From a virus (lineage: Duplodnaviria > Caudoviricetes): 32,690 nucleotides of DNA. Both the position numbers and the translations under genes were made by a program. The notes below the pieces were generated by a model. It did not search any database. It was not told the origin of the DNA and saw only the letters and a program-made list of their open reading frames with translations. This document shows, piece by piece, positions 1 through 9,727 of this stretch. Where the stretch lies: the IMG/VR virus record IMGVR_UViG_3300020420_000007, positions 1 to 32,690 of that record; one strand, 5' to 3'. How positions within the stretch are numbered: the first letter of the stretch is position 1; the number at the start of each line of letters is the position of its first letter.

Positions 1-77
1 GGTCAAAATATATTAGGCCAGTCCGATGCATCCGGCATGCCATTATTTAATGCAAATAGTCGTTTATCGAAACTGGA
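1..77 (+). repeat. Terminal direct repeat copy 1 (circular-assembly overlap)
   Basis: Bases 1-77 are identical to 32614-32690; 77 is a common assembler k-mer size. Confidence 0.95.
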
Positions 78-1545
78 GAAACTAAAAGATGCGGCTGTTG
101 AATCCTCCGTATTAAGCTGGATTGATCGACAAGAGGACAAACAAGCAGCCCTTGCGGAATTTATGGAAGGCTCGTTACGTCTTGAGTTGCCAAACGAAAA
201 TGACGGGGTTGACAATATTGTCTTGCGTGATGCAGTGGGACAGCAGATGCTATCTTCAATTGAGCGTCAGGCCAGAAGTCAAATTGCCGCACGTGAGGCC
301 GAGACCAAGAAAGAGCGCAGCTTGCAGATTAGCAATATGGAGCTTTTAATTGCAACCGCACGTGATGATGACGTGAGTAGTAAGGGTGAAAAATTATCGG
401 CTCTCTTGCAAGGGTTAGATGATAATCCATTATTTGCAGATGTTGAGGGTCAAATCAAAGCCAACAACTTACGAAAGAAAATATTTAATGAGTTAGACGC
501 AGAATTTGAGAAACAAGAATCCATTGCATTAGGTTCTGTTTTTGCAAATGGTGAGACGTTTGTCAATGGTGCTGATTCAAAGCAGGTTGATGCCTTCAAT
601 GATTATTACCAATCGATAGAGACATCCCTTGCACAAATGCCACCAGAAGAGCGCAATATTTTTATTGCATCCATGGTGAGTAACGCACGTCATCTTCCCA
701 CAAAACTAAAAGGTAACATACAGGCAATCGCTCGCGGGCAAGATGTTGACCAGATTGCACAAGTTGCTGATTTGCTTGATCGCGTTTCAGGGCAGAACCC
801 CCATTTAATGCCAATGTTTGGCTCTAATGAAGATGTTGCACGTATCAACATGATGAACGAACGCTTGAATCGTGGATATGATGCCGAAGATGCAATCCGT
901 CAGGTTGATGCGTTGCTTGATCCAAAGAATCAAGTCACAATCGTGCAGGCCAATGCTGAACTCAAACAGATGAATATTAATTATGATGAAGAAATGCAAG
1001 AATTGTTTGATGCAAGCATTATCCCCTTTCGGGATGGAATTGATGAGGATTCGCCAGTACAACTAAAAATATTTGACCGCATGGCTGCCGCATACCGGGC
1101 GGAATATGAGGATCATTATCGCTTAACACGTAATAAGGATCTGGCCAAGAAGCACGCAGACACAATGATTAAGGGGCGTTATGGCATCACGAATGTTAAT
1201 CCTGACAATGCTGTGATGATGTTTCCGCCAGAACGTTATTATGGTTTGCCTGGCTCTGACAACAAATGGATGCGTCAGCAGATGATCGATTCTGCACATG
1301 AGCGGTTGAAAAATTCGTTCGTATCAGACGTTGATATGTTCAGTAAAGATGATCTGGAAGATAAGGTTTTCCTTGCTATTGATCCCAATGTAACCCCACG
1401 TTCTGCGCGTACGGGTTCTCCCAAATATAAATTAATGTACATGCGTGATGATGGTACGTTACTACCGATTACAAATCAGGGTGAGCATTTTATATTTTCA
1501 CCCGATCAAGAGCGCAAACGGTTAATTGATGAGGCGCAGAAATGA
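1..1545 (+). CDS. Internal virion (ejectosome) protein, T7 gp15-position; 3' part of a ~686-aa ORF starting at 32098 and crossing the origin
   Basis: Frame open from base 1 (GGT CAA AAT...) and continuous with the ORF from 32098; helical, charged protein between the gp14-like and gp16-like genes. Confidence 0.75.
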   Translation, partial: GQNILGQSDASGMPLFNANSRLSKLEKLKDAAVESSVLSWIDRQEDKQAALAEFMEGSLRLELPNENDGVDNIVLRDAVGQQMLSSIERQARSQIAAREAETKKERSLQISNMELLIATARDDDVSSKGEKLSALLQGLDDNPLFADVEGQIKANNLRKKIFNELDAEFEKQESIALGSVFANGETFVNGADSKQVDAFNDYYQSIETSLAQMPPEERNIFIASMVSNARHLPTKLKGNIQAIARGQDVDQIAQVADLLDRVSGQNPHLMPMFGSNEDVARINMMNERLNRGYDAEDAIRQVDALLDPKNQVTIVQANAELKQMNINYDEEMQELFDASIIPFRDGIDEDSPVQLKIFDRMAAAYRAEYEDHYRLTRNKDLAKKHADTMIKGRYGITNVNPDNAVMMFPPERYYGLPGSDNKWMRQQMIDSAHERLKNSFVSDVDMFSKDDLEDKVFLAIDPNVTPRSARTGSPKYKLMYMRDDGTLLPITNQGEHFIFSPDQERKRLIDEAQK

Positions 1546-4500
1546 CGTTTGTAACAACCGATACGAAGCTATTACCTGTACGCAAAAGCAATGATCCTGC
1601 TTTGGAACTGCAAGCACCCTCATTTGATCAGACATTATCAGCAACATTTCAGGCTGATAATACCGTTGCAAATATATTTAACGATCTCTCCGACTTTGCT
1701 TTCAATAATTTTACCGATGATCCTGATTACGATGCGGCCGAAGATTTAGCCGGTTATGAAGTGTATGCTGATGACCTCATTGACGTTGGCAGTCGTGAGG
1801 AAATGAATATGCGTAAAAACCGTATCGACAGACAGCGTAAGGCCAATGAAATTATTGCCTCCTCAGACGGATTAACCGGCTTTGCTGCCGTAGCAGTTAC
1901 AGAAATATTTGAGCCGTTAAACTATATCCCAATTGCTGGTGCTGCATATAAAACTTACAGGAAAGGCGGCTCTATTTTGGAAGGTGCAGCCAAAACAGCA
2001 GCCCTTGCTGCCGCAGTTGAGACAGGTCGAGAGGCCTATCTTTTAAACACACAAGAAACCCGAACGTTAGGGCAAGCAGGAGCCAATATTGCATCCTCCA
2101 CAGTACTTAATGGTGTCTTGGGCGGTTTTGCAGGTAAATTAGGTTCCAAAGAACAAATAGAGCTCACTAAAAAAATCGAAGAAGATATGGTTATCGAGCC
2201 ACGTAGCGTTGGGGCGGCTTCGGCGGTAACAACAGGTGAGCAGGAGACAATCAAAGGATTAAATCGTAGCTTGATTGCATTTAAGAAGCTTCCTGATTTT
2301 GCTACGAATCCGGTACTGCGCGGATCAGTCAGTGAAAGTAAAACAGTACGCCAATTTACAGAAATGCTTGCTGATACCTCGCTTATTAAAAATAAAAATA
2401 CTGAATTTATTGCGAGTAATGTGTCTATAGAAAACAAAATAAAAGGCTATGACCGCCTAAAAGCTGCTTTTTATAGTGACTTTAAATCACAATATAACAA
2501 ATACCGCAAGCGGGTTGCCAGTCAAAAAAAGGATGGGCTGATCCCAGAAGAAGAACGCATTGGCAGTCGTAAGGATGGCAGCCTCACCTATGCTGAATTT
2601 TCTTCCGAGATCACCAAGGCAAACCGCCGCAACGACCAGCATGTTGTCACTGAGGTGGCAGCTTTAGCACAGTCAGCACGAGCTAAAATATTCGATCCTT
2701 TGCTAAAACGTATGCAGGATACAAAGCTACTGGATGAAGGTGATCTTGTCACAAAAACAGCCCCATCATGGGCCAGACGTGTGTGGGACCGCAATAAAAT
2801 TAGCGTAAGACGAAAAGAATTTCGTGATGTCAACCTCAAATGGCTTAAACAGAAAAGAGATGCTTCTTTAAGTAAATTAGAGGAGCTGCGAAAATCAGGT
2901 GTAGATGACGCAGCCAGCCAAAAGAAAATAGAAACATTTGAGTATTTTTCTGATTTTTCTGATTTTGAGTTGGAAGACATTGCTGAGCAGATTGTAACAC
3001 AAATTCTGGGACTACCCGGTGGGCGCGTTGGTTACGACATACGTATCGATAAGAAAAATCCCAGCAAGCCCAAATTAGGAGCAAGAGGAGCAGCAAAAGC
3101 ACGCGTCTATGATATTCCTGATGAAAATGTCGAAGATTTTTTAGTAAATGATATTCATACTATCGTTGAAAGTCATGTGCGTACCACCTCTTCTGATGCT
3201 GAATTGATGGATAGTTTTGGCACGCTTGATTTTGATGAGATCAAAAAGCAGATAGCAGGCGATTATAACCAAATGCGGCTTGATCCTAAAAATGAGGACA
3301 AGCTTGAGGAGCTTACAAAATCCGAAGCAAACGACATACGTGATCTGCAAGCGATGTGGGAGAAGTTAAGAGGCATATACGCCCAACCTGATGATTATGC
3401 AGCAGCGCAGCACGTTACAGAGCGTACGTTGCTTGCTTGGAATTATGTTAGATTGCTTGGAGGGATGACCTTATCTGCCATACCTGATATGGCGCGGCAT
3501 GTGATGGTGCATGGGTTAGAACGCACTATGAAGAATGGTGTTCTTGCATTAATGAAAGATTGGAAAGGCTTTAAGGCTGCTAAAGCAGAACTGCAAGAAG
3601 CATCTATTGCCCTTGATATGGTGCTTTCATCAACCGCACGATCACGGGCAAATCTCGATGAGTATACCCCGATTACTAGCCGTATTGATGCAATCAATCA
3701 AACGGTTGCACAGCATTTTGGTAATCTTACGCTGATGAATCAGTGGAACACAGCCCAAAAAACATTTGCTGGTGTTTTGAGTCAAACACGCATGTTGCAG
3801 GCAATTGATTCCGTTGCCAAGGGGGAAAATATTGGCCAGAGGGAAATTGAGAATCTGGCCAGTCACGGAATCGGACGCGATGAGGTGTCAATGATAGCAG
3901 GGCAATTTCAGAAGTATGGTGAAGTGCGTGAATCCCTACTAATAGCCAATGCAAAAAATTGGGATAACGCCCAAGCAGCAGAATTGTTCCGTGCTGCTGT
4001 TCGTAAGCAGGTCGATGAAATAATTGTCACACCGGGGCTGGATAAACCATTATGGATGTCACGCCCCGGCTGGCGTTTGGTTGGCCAATTCCGTTCTTTT
4101 GCCTTTGGTGCTATGCAGCGCGTGACCTTGGCCGGGTTACAGCAAGCCGATGCAGCCGCGCTCAATGGTGTATTATTGATGATTACCCTTGGTATGGGTT
4201 CATATGCAGCAAAAACTACGCTTAGCGGTCGCGATGTATCTGATGATCCGCGTGTATGGATTAGTGAGGGAATTGATCGCAGCGGTGTTACGGGCTGGGC
4301 TTTTGATGTGAATAATATTATGGAAAAAGTGACCCGTGGCAGGGTTGGCATCAATGCTCTGGTTGGTGGGCCGCAAATGTCTCGCTATGCCAGCCGTAAT
4401 GTAACAGGTGCGATTTTTGGTCCTTCCATTGGGTTGGTTGAAGATTTTGCCAAAGTAACAGGTTCAGCTTTTGCAGGTGACTGGACTGAGTCCGATTCAA

Positions 4501-4604
4501 GTGCCGTACGTAGGTTATTACCGTATCAGAATGTTTTTTATTTGCGGCAATTATTCGATCAAATGGAAGAAAATGTAAACGCATCATTAGGGGTTCAACG
4601 ATGA
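1542..4604 (+). CDS. Large internal virion (DNA ejection) protein, T7 gp16-position, 1020 aa
   Basis: Size, helical composition, hydrophobic Gly/Ala segments, C-terminal GQFRSFAF-type motif; directly precedes the tail fibre; ATGA overlap with the upstream gene. Confidence 0.75.
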   Translation: MTFVTTDTKLLPVRKSNDPALELQAPSFDQTLSATFQADNTVANIFNDLSDFAFNNFTDDPDYDAAEDLAGYEVYADDLIDVGSREEMNMRKNRIDRQRKANEIIASSDGLTGFAAVAVTEIFEPLNYIPIAGAAYKTYRKGGSILEGAAKTAALAAAVETGREAYLLNTQETRTLGQAGANIASSTVLNGVLGGFAGKLGSKEQIELTKKIEEDMVIEPRSVGAASAVTTGEQETIKGLNRSLIAFKKLPDFATNPVLRGSVSESKTVRQFTEMLADTSLIKNKNTEFIASNVSIENKIKGYDRLKAAFYSDFKSQYNKYRKRVASQKKDGLIPEEERIGSRKDGSLTYAEFSSEITKANRRNDQHVVTEVAALAQSARAKIFDPLLKRMQDTKLLDEGDLVTKTAPSWARRVWDRNKISVRRKEFRDVNLKWLKQKRDASLSKLEELRKSGVDDAASQKKIETFEYFSDFSDFELEDIAEQIVTQILGLPGGRVGYDIRIDKKNPSKPKLGARGAAKARVYDIPDENVEDFLVNDIHTIVESHVRTTSSDAELMDSFGTLDFDEIKKQIAGDYNQMRLDPKNEDKLEELTKSEANDIRDLQAMWEKLRGIYAQPDDYAAAQHVTERTLLAWNYVRLLGGMTLSAIPDMARHVMVHGLERTMKNGVLALMKDWKGFKAAKAELQEASIALDMVLSSTARSRANLDEYTPITSRIDAINQTVAQHFGNLTLMNQWNTAQKTFAGVLSQTRMLQAIDSVAKGENIGQREIENLASHGIGRDEVSMIAGQFQKYGEVRESLLIANAKNWDNAQAAELFRAAVRKQVDEIIVTPGLDKPLWMSRPGWRLVGQFRSFAFGAMQRVTLAGLQQADAAALNGVLLMITLGMGSYAAKTTLSGRDVSDDPRVWISEGIDRSGVTGWAFDVNNIMEKVTRGRVGINALVGGPQMSRYASRNVTGAIFGPSIGLVEDFAKVTGSAFAGDWTESDSSAVRRLLPYQNVFYLRQLFDQMEENVNASLGVQR

Positions 4605-6643
4605 CAACAGATATTAAAATTAATGAAAATGACGGGTTTTTGTCAACCACTATGACTGGTGGTGAAACAGCAGTTGATTTTGATTTTCCGATATTTAAAT
4701 CTTCAGATCTCAAGGTAATTGAAACAGATACTACAGGTGCAATCACGGAACTTACACTTAATACGGACTATACCATACCAAGCGATAGCATTAAACAACA
4801 ATCAGGCGGCACAATTAACCTAACCAGTGCCTCCTACCCAACTGGCGCAAGTGCCGGACATAAGTTTACGACATTGCTGAATGTGGCCATTGAACGTACA
4901 ACAGATTTTAATGTTGCTGGTGATTTTAGGGCTGAGACATTGAATCAAGAGCTTGATTTAACAATTCAGATGATACAACGGCTTAGCCGTGACTCGGGTA
5001 AATCAGCAAAGCTTTCCGATGATCTCAACTTAACCGTGACATTACCTACCCCAACAGATAACCAATTCCTTGCATGGGATGGAACAGCAGGGCAGATAAA
5101 AAATGCAGGCAATATCAGTTCGATAGCTGATGCAGGAACCAGCGCCACAAATGCTGCGAACAGTGCTGCTGCTGCGGCACTTAGTGCTACAGATGCGGCC
5201 AATTCTTTTGATTCGTTCGATGATCGGTATTTAGGAGCTAAAACAACAGATCCAACAGTTGATAATGATGGTGGCTCATTGCTTAATGGCGCGCTTTACT
5301 ATAATGCTACAGAATCCGCTATGAAGGTCTATGACACAGGCAGTTCAAGCTGGTCAGCCATCAATGCCTCTAATCCTAATATCGCAAATGTAATAGATTA
5401 TGGCGCTGTTGCTGATAATTCTACGGATAGTACCCAGGCCTTTATCGATGCAATTGCAACAGGCAATCCCGTCTTTGTACCAGCTGGGAAATATAAAACA
5501 ACAGCAGAAATTACCATTTCGGGCACTAGACAACAATTCACCATGGATCGTGACGCCCAAATTCGCTACACAGGCAGTGGTACAGCTCTTACTGTTACCG
5601 GCGATGGTCATCTAATTACAATAGGAAAACTCATTACCAATGACGCCGGATCGCCTACAGGGGATTATTGCTTGCGTCATTATGATCTAAGCCACTCCCG
5701 TATTGAAATTTATACTATTGGCGCTTGTAATCAAGCCGTATTATGGCACGATGCCGCCAGTCAAACAGCAAATGCTGGCAATAACACATTTATCATTGAT
5801 CGCATGGAAGCTGGATCCGTTCCTTATGGTATTAAAATTGATGGGCACCCAACGCATATTTATGAAGGAAACAGCTTTAATGTCAGGGTCATATATTCAG
5901 CAACCAATACTGGCTTGGTGATTGGTACCGACGGCAATACTTCCGTACGGTATAACGATTTTAATATCAGTATTGATGCACAAGGGATCACGCCAAAACT
6001 CATTCAAGTCAACGATGATAATAACTTCATTTTCTTAAAAAATTGGGCCATTACCGTTGGTCAGAACGGCGTGGTCTATTCAGCACATAGCCAGAAAAAC
6101 TTCATGATTGTAACACCAGGAGTGCAAAACCAATTACCTATTACCGATAATGGTAATAATAGCAGTATTAGTCCCTCCGCAGCAGGCATATATGAATTGC
6201 GATTCCAGGGCTCACGCATCACCCCCAATGATAATATCGTAGGGTGCCGGATTGAATCAGAAGGAGGCGGCATTACATTTCGGACCAACAATACAGAACG
6301 ATTACGAATTAGCTCGGCCGGCTTTACAACAGATAATAACAGCTTGCCAGCCTATTTCCCCCGGGCGTGGGGTACAATAAGAGGGACATCAGGGGCATTA
6401 TTAGCATCACAGAATGTCAGTGTCATTCGACTAGGAACTGGTCAATATTCGGTAACGTTTAATAGCTCGATGCCCAATGCCAACTATTCCGTCATGCTAT
6501 CAGCGCAATATACGGGGCAGGTCATCCATACAAATGTCGGTTCTAACCATAAAACCAGTAGTGGTTTTAGAATCATCTCAACCAATGACTCGGGGAGGGT
6601 TATTGCCGACGCAACACAGATTTATTTCTGCGTGTTCGCATAG
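4601..6643 (+). CDS. Tail fibre/tail spike: T7-type N-terminal adaptor, pectate-lyase-like beta-helix, C-terminal beta-sandwich
   Basis: N-term FDFPIF..DLKV..LNTDYT..GGTI..GDFRAETLNQELD; FDDRYLGAK linker; NVIDYGAVAD..DSTQAF..AI beta-helix start; C-term RAWG..NVS..RLGTGQYSVTF..MPNANYSV. Confidence 0.88.
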   Translation: MTTDIKINENDGFLSTTMTGGETAVDFDFPIFKSSDLKVIETDTTGAITELTLNTDYTIPSDSIKQQSGGTINLTSASYPTGASAGHKFTTLLNVAIERTTDFNVAGDFRAETLNQELDLTIQMIQRLSRDSGKSAKLSDDLNLTVTLPTPTDNQFLAWDGTAGQIKNAGNISSIADAGTSATNAANSAAAAALSATDAANSFDSFDDRYLGAKTTDPTVDNDGGSLLNGALYYNATESAMKVYDTGSSSWSAINASNPNIANVIDYGAVADNSTDSTQAFIDAIATGNPVFVPAGKYKTTAEITISGTRQQFTMDRDAQIRYTGSGTALTVTGDGHLITIGKLITNDAGSPTGDYCLRHYDLSHSRIEIYTIGACNQAVLWHDAASQTANAGNNTFIIDRMEAGSVPYGIKIDGHPTHIYEGNSFNVRVIYSATNTGLVIGTDGNTSVRYNDFNISIDAQGITPKLIQVNDDNNFIFLKNWAITVGQNGVVYSAHSQKNFMIVTPGVQNQLPITDNGNNSSISPSAAGIYELRFQGSRITPNDNIVGCRIESEGGGITFRTNNTERLRISSAGFTTDNNSLPAYFPRAWGTIRGTSGALLASQNVSVIRLGTGQYSVTFNSSMPNANYSVMLSAQYTGQVIHTNVGSNHKTSSGFRIISTNDSGRVIADATQIYFCVFA

Positions 6644-6681
6644 GGTATCGTATAATAAAGACATTTTAAGAGGTAATAAAA

Positions 6682-6939
6682 ATGAAAGAGCCAAACAATC
6701 AGTGGAAATTGGATAAACGCCTGCCAATCTCAGTACTGGTCATTCTAACAGCACACACGCTTGGCGCCGTATGGTATGCCTCAGCACTTAATAGCCGTGT
6801 TGCCGCCCTTGAGGATCTGACACAAAACAATCAGGAAGTCATCGGTAAAATCATCAGGCTTGAAACGCAGTTACAATACATCCAGCAAAACACTGCTCGC
6901 ATTGAACAGGCATTAACCAAAATAGCAGATAAGGATTAG
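6682..6939 (+). CDS. Small membrane protein (1 TM plus coiled coil), lysis-associated/holin-like
   Basis: Hydrophobic segment ISVLVILTAHTLGAVWYA then heptads; SD AGAGG; directly upstream of the endolysin. Confidence 0.6.
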   Translation: MKEPNNQWKLDKRLPISVLVILTAHTLGAVWYASALNSRVAALEDLTQNNQEVIGKIIRLETQLQYIQQNTARIEQALTKIADKD

Positions 6940-6943
6940 CATT

Positions 6944-7354
6944 ATGAATATTGACTTGCTAAAGAAGCAATTAGAGCGCCATGAGGGGCTAAGATTGAAG
7001 CCTTATAAATGCACTGCTGGTAAGCTAACCATAGGATATGGTCGCAATCTGGATGATGTTGGGATCAGTGAAGAAGAAGCATATTCGATGCTGTTGAATG
7101 ATATTGATCGCATTATTGGCGAAGCTAAAGAGATATTTCCGAAATTTGATGAACTGACAGAGAACAGGCAAGCTGTAATATGCAACATGTTATTTAATCT
7201 TGGCAAGACTCGGTTTCTAACCTTCAAGAAAACTATCTGGAATATAAAGCATCGCATGTACCACATTGCAGCACAAGAAATGCTCAATAGCAAGTGGGCT
7301 AGACAGGTTGGCAAACGAGCTACAGAATTAGCACAATTAATGCGAGAGGGGTGA
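6944..7354 (+). CDS. Endolysin, GH24/T4-like phage lysozyme
   Basis: HEGLRLKPYKCTAGKLTIGYGRN (E-x8-C-x5-T catalytic motif), NMLFNLG, SKWARQVGKRA. Confidence 0.93.
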   Translation: MNIDLLKKQLERHEGLRLKPYKCTAGKLTIGYGRNLDDVGISEEEAYSMLLNDIDRIIGEAKEIFPKFDELTENRQAVICNMLFNLGKTRFLTFKKTIWNIKHRMYHIAAQEMLNSKWARQVGKRATELAQLMREG

Positions 7355-7355
7355 G

Positions 7356-7739
7356 ATGGGATTTTTACCTTTTTTAGATGTAGGCATGAAGATTATTGAT
7401 AAACTCTTTCCTGACCCAACCGAAAAGGCCAAAGCAAAAGCGTTACTGCTTGAGAAACAACAGGCAGGTGAGCTACAGGAAATTGAAGCCTCGATGAAGG
7501 TCATCGTTGCTGAGGCAAGTGGTAGCTATCTACAACGTAACTGGCGACCTATTACCATGCTGGTCTTTGTCATCATCATTGCCAATAACTACATCCTCTA
7601 TCCGTATCTTTCGCTCTTTTGGAACGATGCACCAGTCCTAACCCTTGCCCCCGAAATGTGGGACGTGCTGAAAATTGGTATCGGTGGATATATTGCCGGA
7701 AGGTCAGTGGAGAAGTCCATTTCCAGTTGGAAGCGGTGA
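7356..7739 (+). CDS. Holin, 3TM/GTA-type family
   Basis: KIIDKLFPDP..KAKA, EA..SYLQRNWRP, GIGGYIAGRSVEK signature motifs; TM segments. Confidence 0.85.
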   Translation: MGFLPFLDVGMKIIDKLFPDPTEKAKAKALLLEKQQAGELQEIEASMKVIVAEASGSYLQRNWRPITMLVFVIIIANNYILYPYLSLFWNDAPVLTLAPEMWDVLKIGIGGYIAGRSVEKSISSWKR

Positions 7740-7783
7740 TTATATCATAGTAAAACGTTTTCAAGCTAGTGAACAAAAACTAG

Positions 7784-7817
7784 ACCATTTTTCCCACGCG
7801 GGGGAAATGGTTGTTTT
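7784..7817 (+). terminator. Intrinsic terminator between the convergent late and left-arm transcription units
   Basis: ACCATTTTTCCC-ACGC-GGGGGAAATGGT stem (two G.U pairs) followed by TGTTTT. Confidence 0.65.
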
Positions 7818-8193
7818 AATACAAAACCCACCTTCCGCAATTATCAAACCATTCTTCACTGACTTGATAAGGTTCATCGTTGACATCAGCCCAATACACA
7901 CCATTATCATTACGTTTACACATGATACAACCAGAATCGTCGTTATAGATAGCTATAAACTTTTTACCCTTCTCAGGCTCTCTAATGTGCATCCAGTTAC
8001 TATTTAGCTCGTTAAAGTGGTCTATAGCTAGTGCCATAGCTTTGTAACTTATGCCGTGTTCACATTTCCATTCTTGTTTATTAAAATCAACATTACCCCT
8101 GTTCGGCATTTTGCTTTCTATCTCATAAAACTTTTTAATTGCATCACTCACACGCTCATGCACGCATGTTTTACCTGTTTTAGCATTTTGCAT
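7816..8193 (-). CDS. Hypothetical protein, 125 aa (C-terminal half resembles small DUF551-like phage domains)
   Basis: SD GAGG upstream; NWMHIREPEKGKKFIAIY..W..D pattern. Confidence 0.6.
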   Translation of the reverse strand: MQNAKTGKTCVHERVSDAIKKFYEIESKMPNRGNVDFNKQEWKCEHGISYKAMALAIDHFNELNSNWMHIREPEKGKKFIAIYNDDSGCIMCKRNDNGVYWADVNDEPYQVSEEWFDNCGRWVLY

Positions 8194-8220
8194 TTCTACA
8201 TCCTCACTTTTTTTATTTCT

Positions 8221-8487
8221 TCAATTGTCCACAGACAACCACTTTAATGCCATTACAATAAAATAAGATGGCCATCCAAGGGAGGCTGCAACCCAACTGG
8301 CACGTTGCCATTTCTCCCATGTGTCTGTTTTAGGCTTGTTCATAGCCTTTAATATTTTTGACTCTTGTTTATTTATAGGGACTGCTCCCTCCGGTTTTTC
8401 CTTACTCATTTTCTGGTCAAAAGAGGCTTTGGCTTGCCTTCTCTCACTGAGTGGTATATGCCATTCGTTGTATGTTTTTTTCGTCAT
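8221..8487 (-). CDS. Hypothetical protein with C-terminal hydrophobic helix, 88 aa
   Basis: SD GGAAGGA upstream of ATG; basic N-terminus, WVAASLGWPSYFIVMALKW tail. Confidence 0.6.
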   Translation of the reverse strand: MTKKTYNEWHIPLSERRQAKASFDQKMSKEKPEGAVPINKQESKILKAMNKPKTDTWEKWQRASWVAASLGWPSYFIVMALKWLSVDN

Positions 8488-8492
8488 AAAAT

Positions 8493-8680
8493 CCTTCCAA
8501 CTTTTACGATTGAGTAGTTATTAAATCAATATCTTATGGGTGTGTTAGTTGGAAGGAACGGCATAAAACAGCCATTAGCAACTAATTTGTAATCATCAGG
8601 TCGTCAGTTCGAATCCGACAGCCGGCACCATTCCTTCCAACTTTTTGGTTATCTTTCCAACTTCACCCTTCCAACTTTTT
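8493..8680. repeat. Five TTCCAACT repeats flanking the attP core (putative integrase arm-type sites)
   Basis: Copies at about 8495, 8547 (inverted), 8635, 8655 and 8669, plus a degenerate TTCCAATT at about 8690. Confidence 0.75.
8585..8630 (+). other. attP: attP core: 3' half of tRNA-Thr(UGU), anticodon loop to CCA
   Basis: ATTTGTAATCATCAGGTCGTCAGTTCGAATCCGACAGCCGGCACCA contains the TGT anticodon, T-arm, 3' acceptor strand and CCA; no 5' acceptor strand or D-arm; 32 bp from the int stop codon. Confidence 0.9.
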
Positions 8681-9727
8681 ACTATGTTTTTCCAATTTAT
8701 CCATCGCATTTTTAGCCATATTGCTGCTACGAGGGGTATAAACTTCAAGTATGCTTGCGGTGCTATCAATCGTGTGTCCTGTTATAGCAGATATTTCATG
8801 TGGCGTACATCCTGCCTCTGATAATCTGACGGCTGCCGTTCTTCTAAAATCTCTGAATTGTTTTTCTGGATATCCACAATCATTCTTTAACTTAATGAAC
8901 GATTTAATCATGTGATCTTCCGTATATGGCTGCCCTGTAACCTCATTAATCACAATGTACCCTGACGATGCACAAATAGGATCAAGAGCTTTACGTAATG
9001 CCTCTAATGCCGGTATTTCTATATACTTGCCTGTTTTCTGTTGTTTAATTGATATGGTTTGTCCGTCATACTGAACCCACTGCATTTTTCTAATATCGGT
9101 CTGTCTTTGCCCTGTGTAGATGGCTAATAGGATAGCTATTTTGATTGATGGTGTGGCTTTTAATAGTAGAGTCTGCACTTCTTCCTCACTCCAGACTTGA
9201 TGCCTAGCTTTCGTGTTCATTAACCTTATGCCTTTTACTGGATTACTGTCCAGATGCCCTTCATCTACGGCAAAAGAAAATAATAGCTTTAACACACGCA
9301 TCACTGCATTGGCACTGCTTATGCTTGATTCGCATAGCGTGTTGTAATAGGCCTTCACAACTTTACGATCTACTATAGCAGCGGGATACTCTCCCATAGC
9401 CGTATCAATCCTACGCATAATATTAAAATATCCTGTTTTGGTTTTTTCTGCCTTTTCTTTAAACCAGATACTTTTCTGATACTGGTTAATGAGCCATGTC
9501 ATTGTGCCGTCTTTGATGCCGTATTCTTTCTCTCCATTGCGCCAAGCATCTAATTCCTTATTTAATTTCTCTGCCTCTTTGATGGCATCCTCGAGGGCAT
9601 TGGTGCGTTCTGCCAGCCTTCTTGGTAGAAAACCATGCTCCTGCAATTCTTTCTTTGGTTGCCAATAATACAGAGTATGATTTTTCTGCTTTTTGCATAC
9701 CAGATATCTTACCTTAAACGTTGCCAC
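8663..9727 (-). CDS. int: Tyrosine integrase
   Basis: TGQRQTD (R), QQKTG (K), FRDFRRT (HxxR box with H replaced by R), ITGHT, EVY (catalytic Y); N-terminal arm-binding region; next to attP. Confidence 0.95.
   Translation of the reverse strand: MATFKVRYLVCKKQKNHTLYYWQPKKELQEHGFLPRRLAERTNALEDAIKEAEKLNKELDAWRNGEKEYGIKDGTMTWLINQYQKSIWFKEKAEKTKTGYFNIMRRIDTAMGEYPAAIVDRKVVKAYYNTLCESSISSANAVMRVLKLLFSFAVDEGHLDSNPVKGIRLMNTKARHQVWSEEEVQTLLLKATPSIKIAILLAIYTGQRQTDIRKMQWVQYDGQTISIKQQKTGKYIEIPALEALRKALDPICASSGYIVINEVTGQPYTEDHMIKSFIKLKNDCGYPEKQFRDFRRTAAVRLSEAGCTPHEISAITGHTIDSTASILEVYTPRSSNMAKNAMDKLEKHSKKLEG

Noticed and set aside
1-77. Biological terminal repeat as in T7
   Set aside because: It lies in the middle of a gene and its length equals a standard assembler k-mer; better explained as circular overlap
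2036-5921. Many antisense or alternate-frame ORFs of 60-150 aa here and across the structural genes
   Set aside because: They lie within long, well-supported genes and lack SDs or motifs
4601-6643. BPP-1-like diversity-generating retroelement acting on the tail fibre
   Set aside because: No reverse transcriptase or avd-like gene, and no template/variable repeat pair noticed
8560-8630. Functional tRNA-Thr gene
   Set aside because: The 5' acceptor strand and D-arm are absent and the anticodon stem is unpaired; it is the attP core
8493-8700. CRISPR-like or mini-array
   Set aside because: Repeats are only 8-13 bp, irregularly spaced, in both orientations and flank attP; no cas genes
8840-8862. 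Integrase inactivated by loss of the HxxR histidine (FRDFRR)
   Set aside because: This position varies among active tyrosine recombinases; the other catalytic residues and attP are intact
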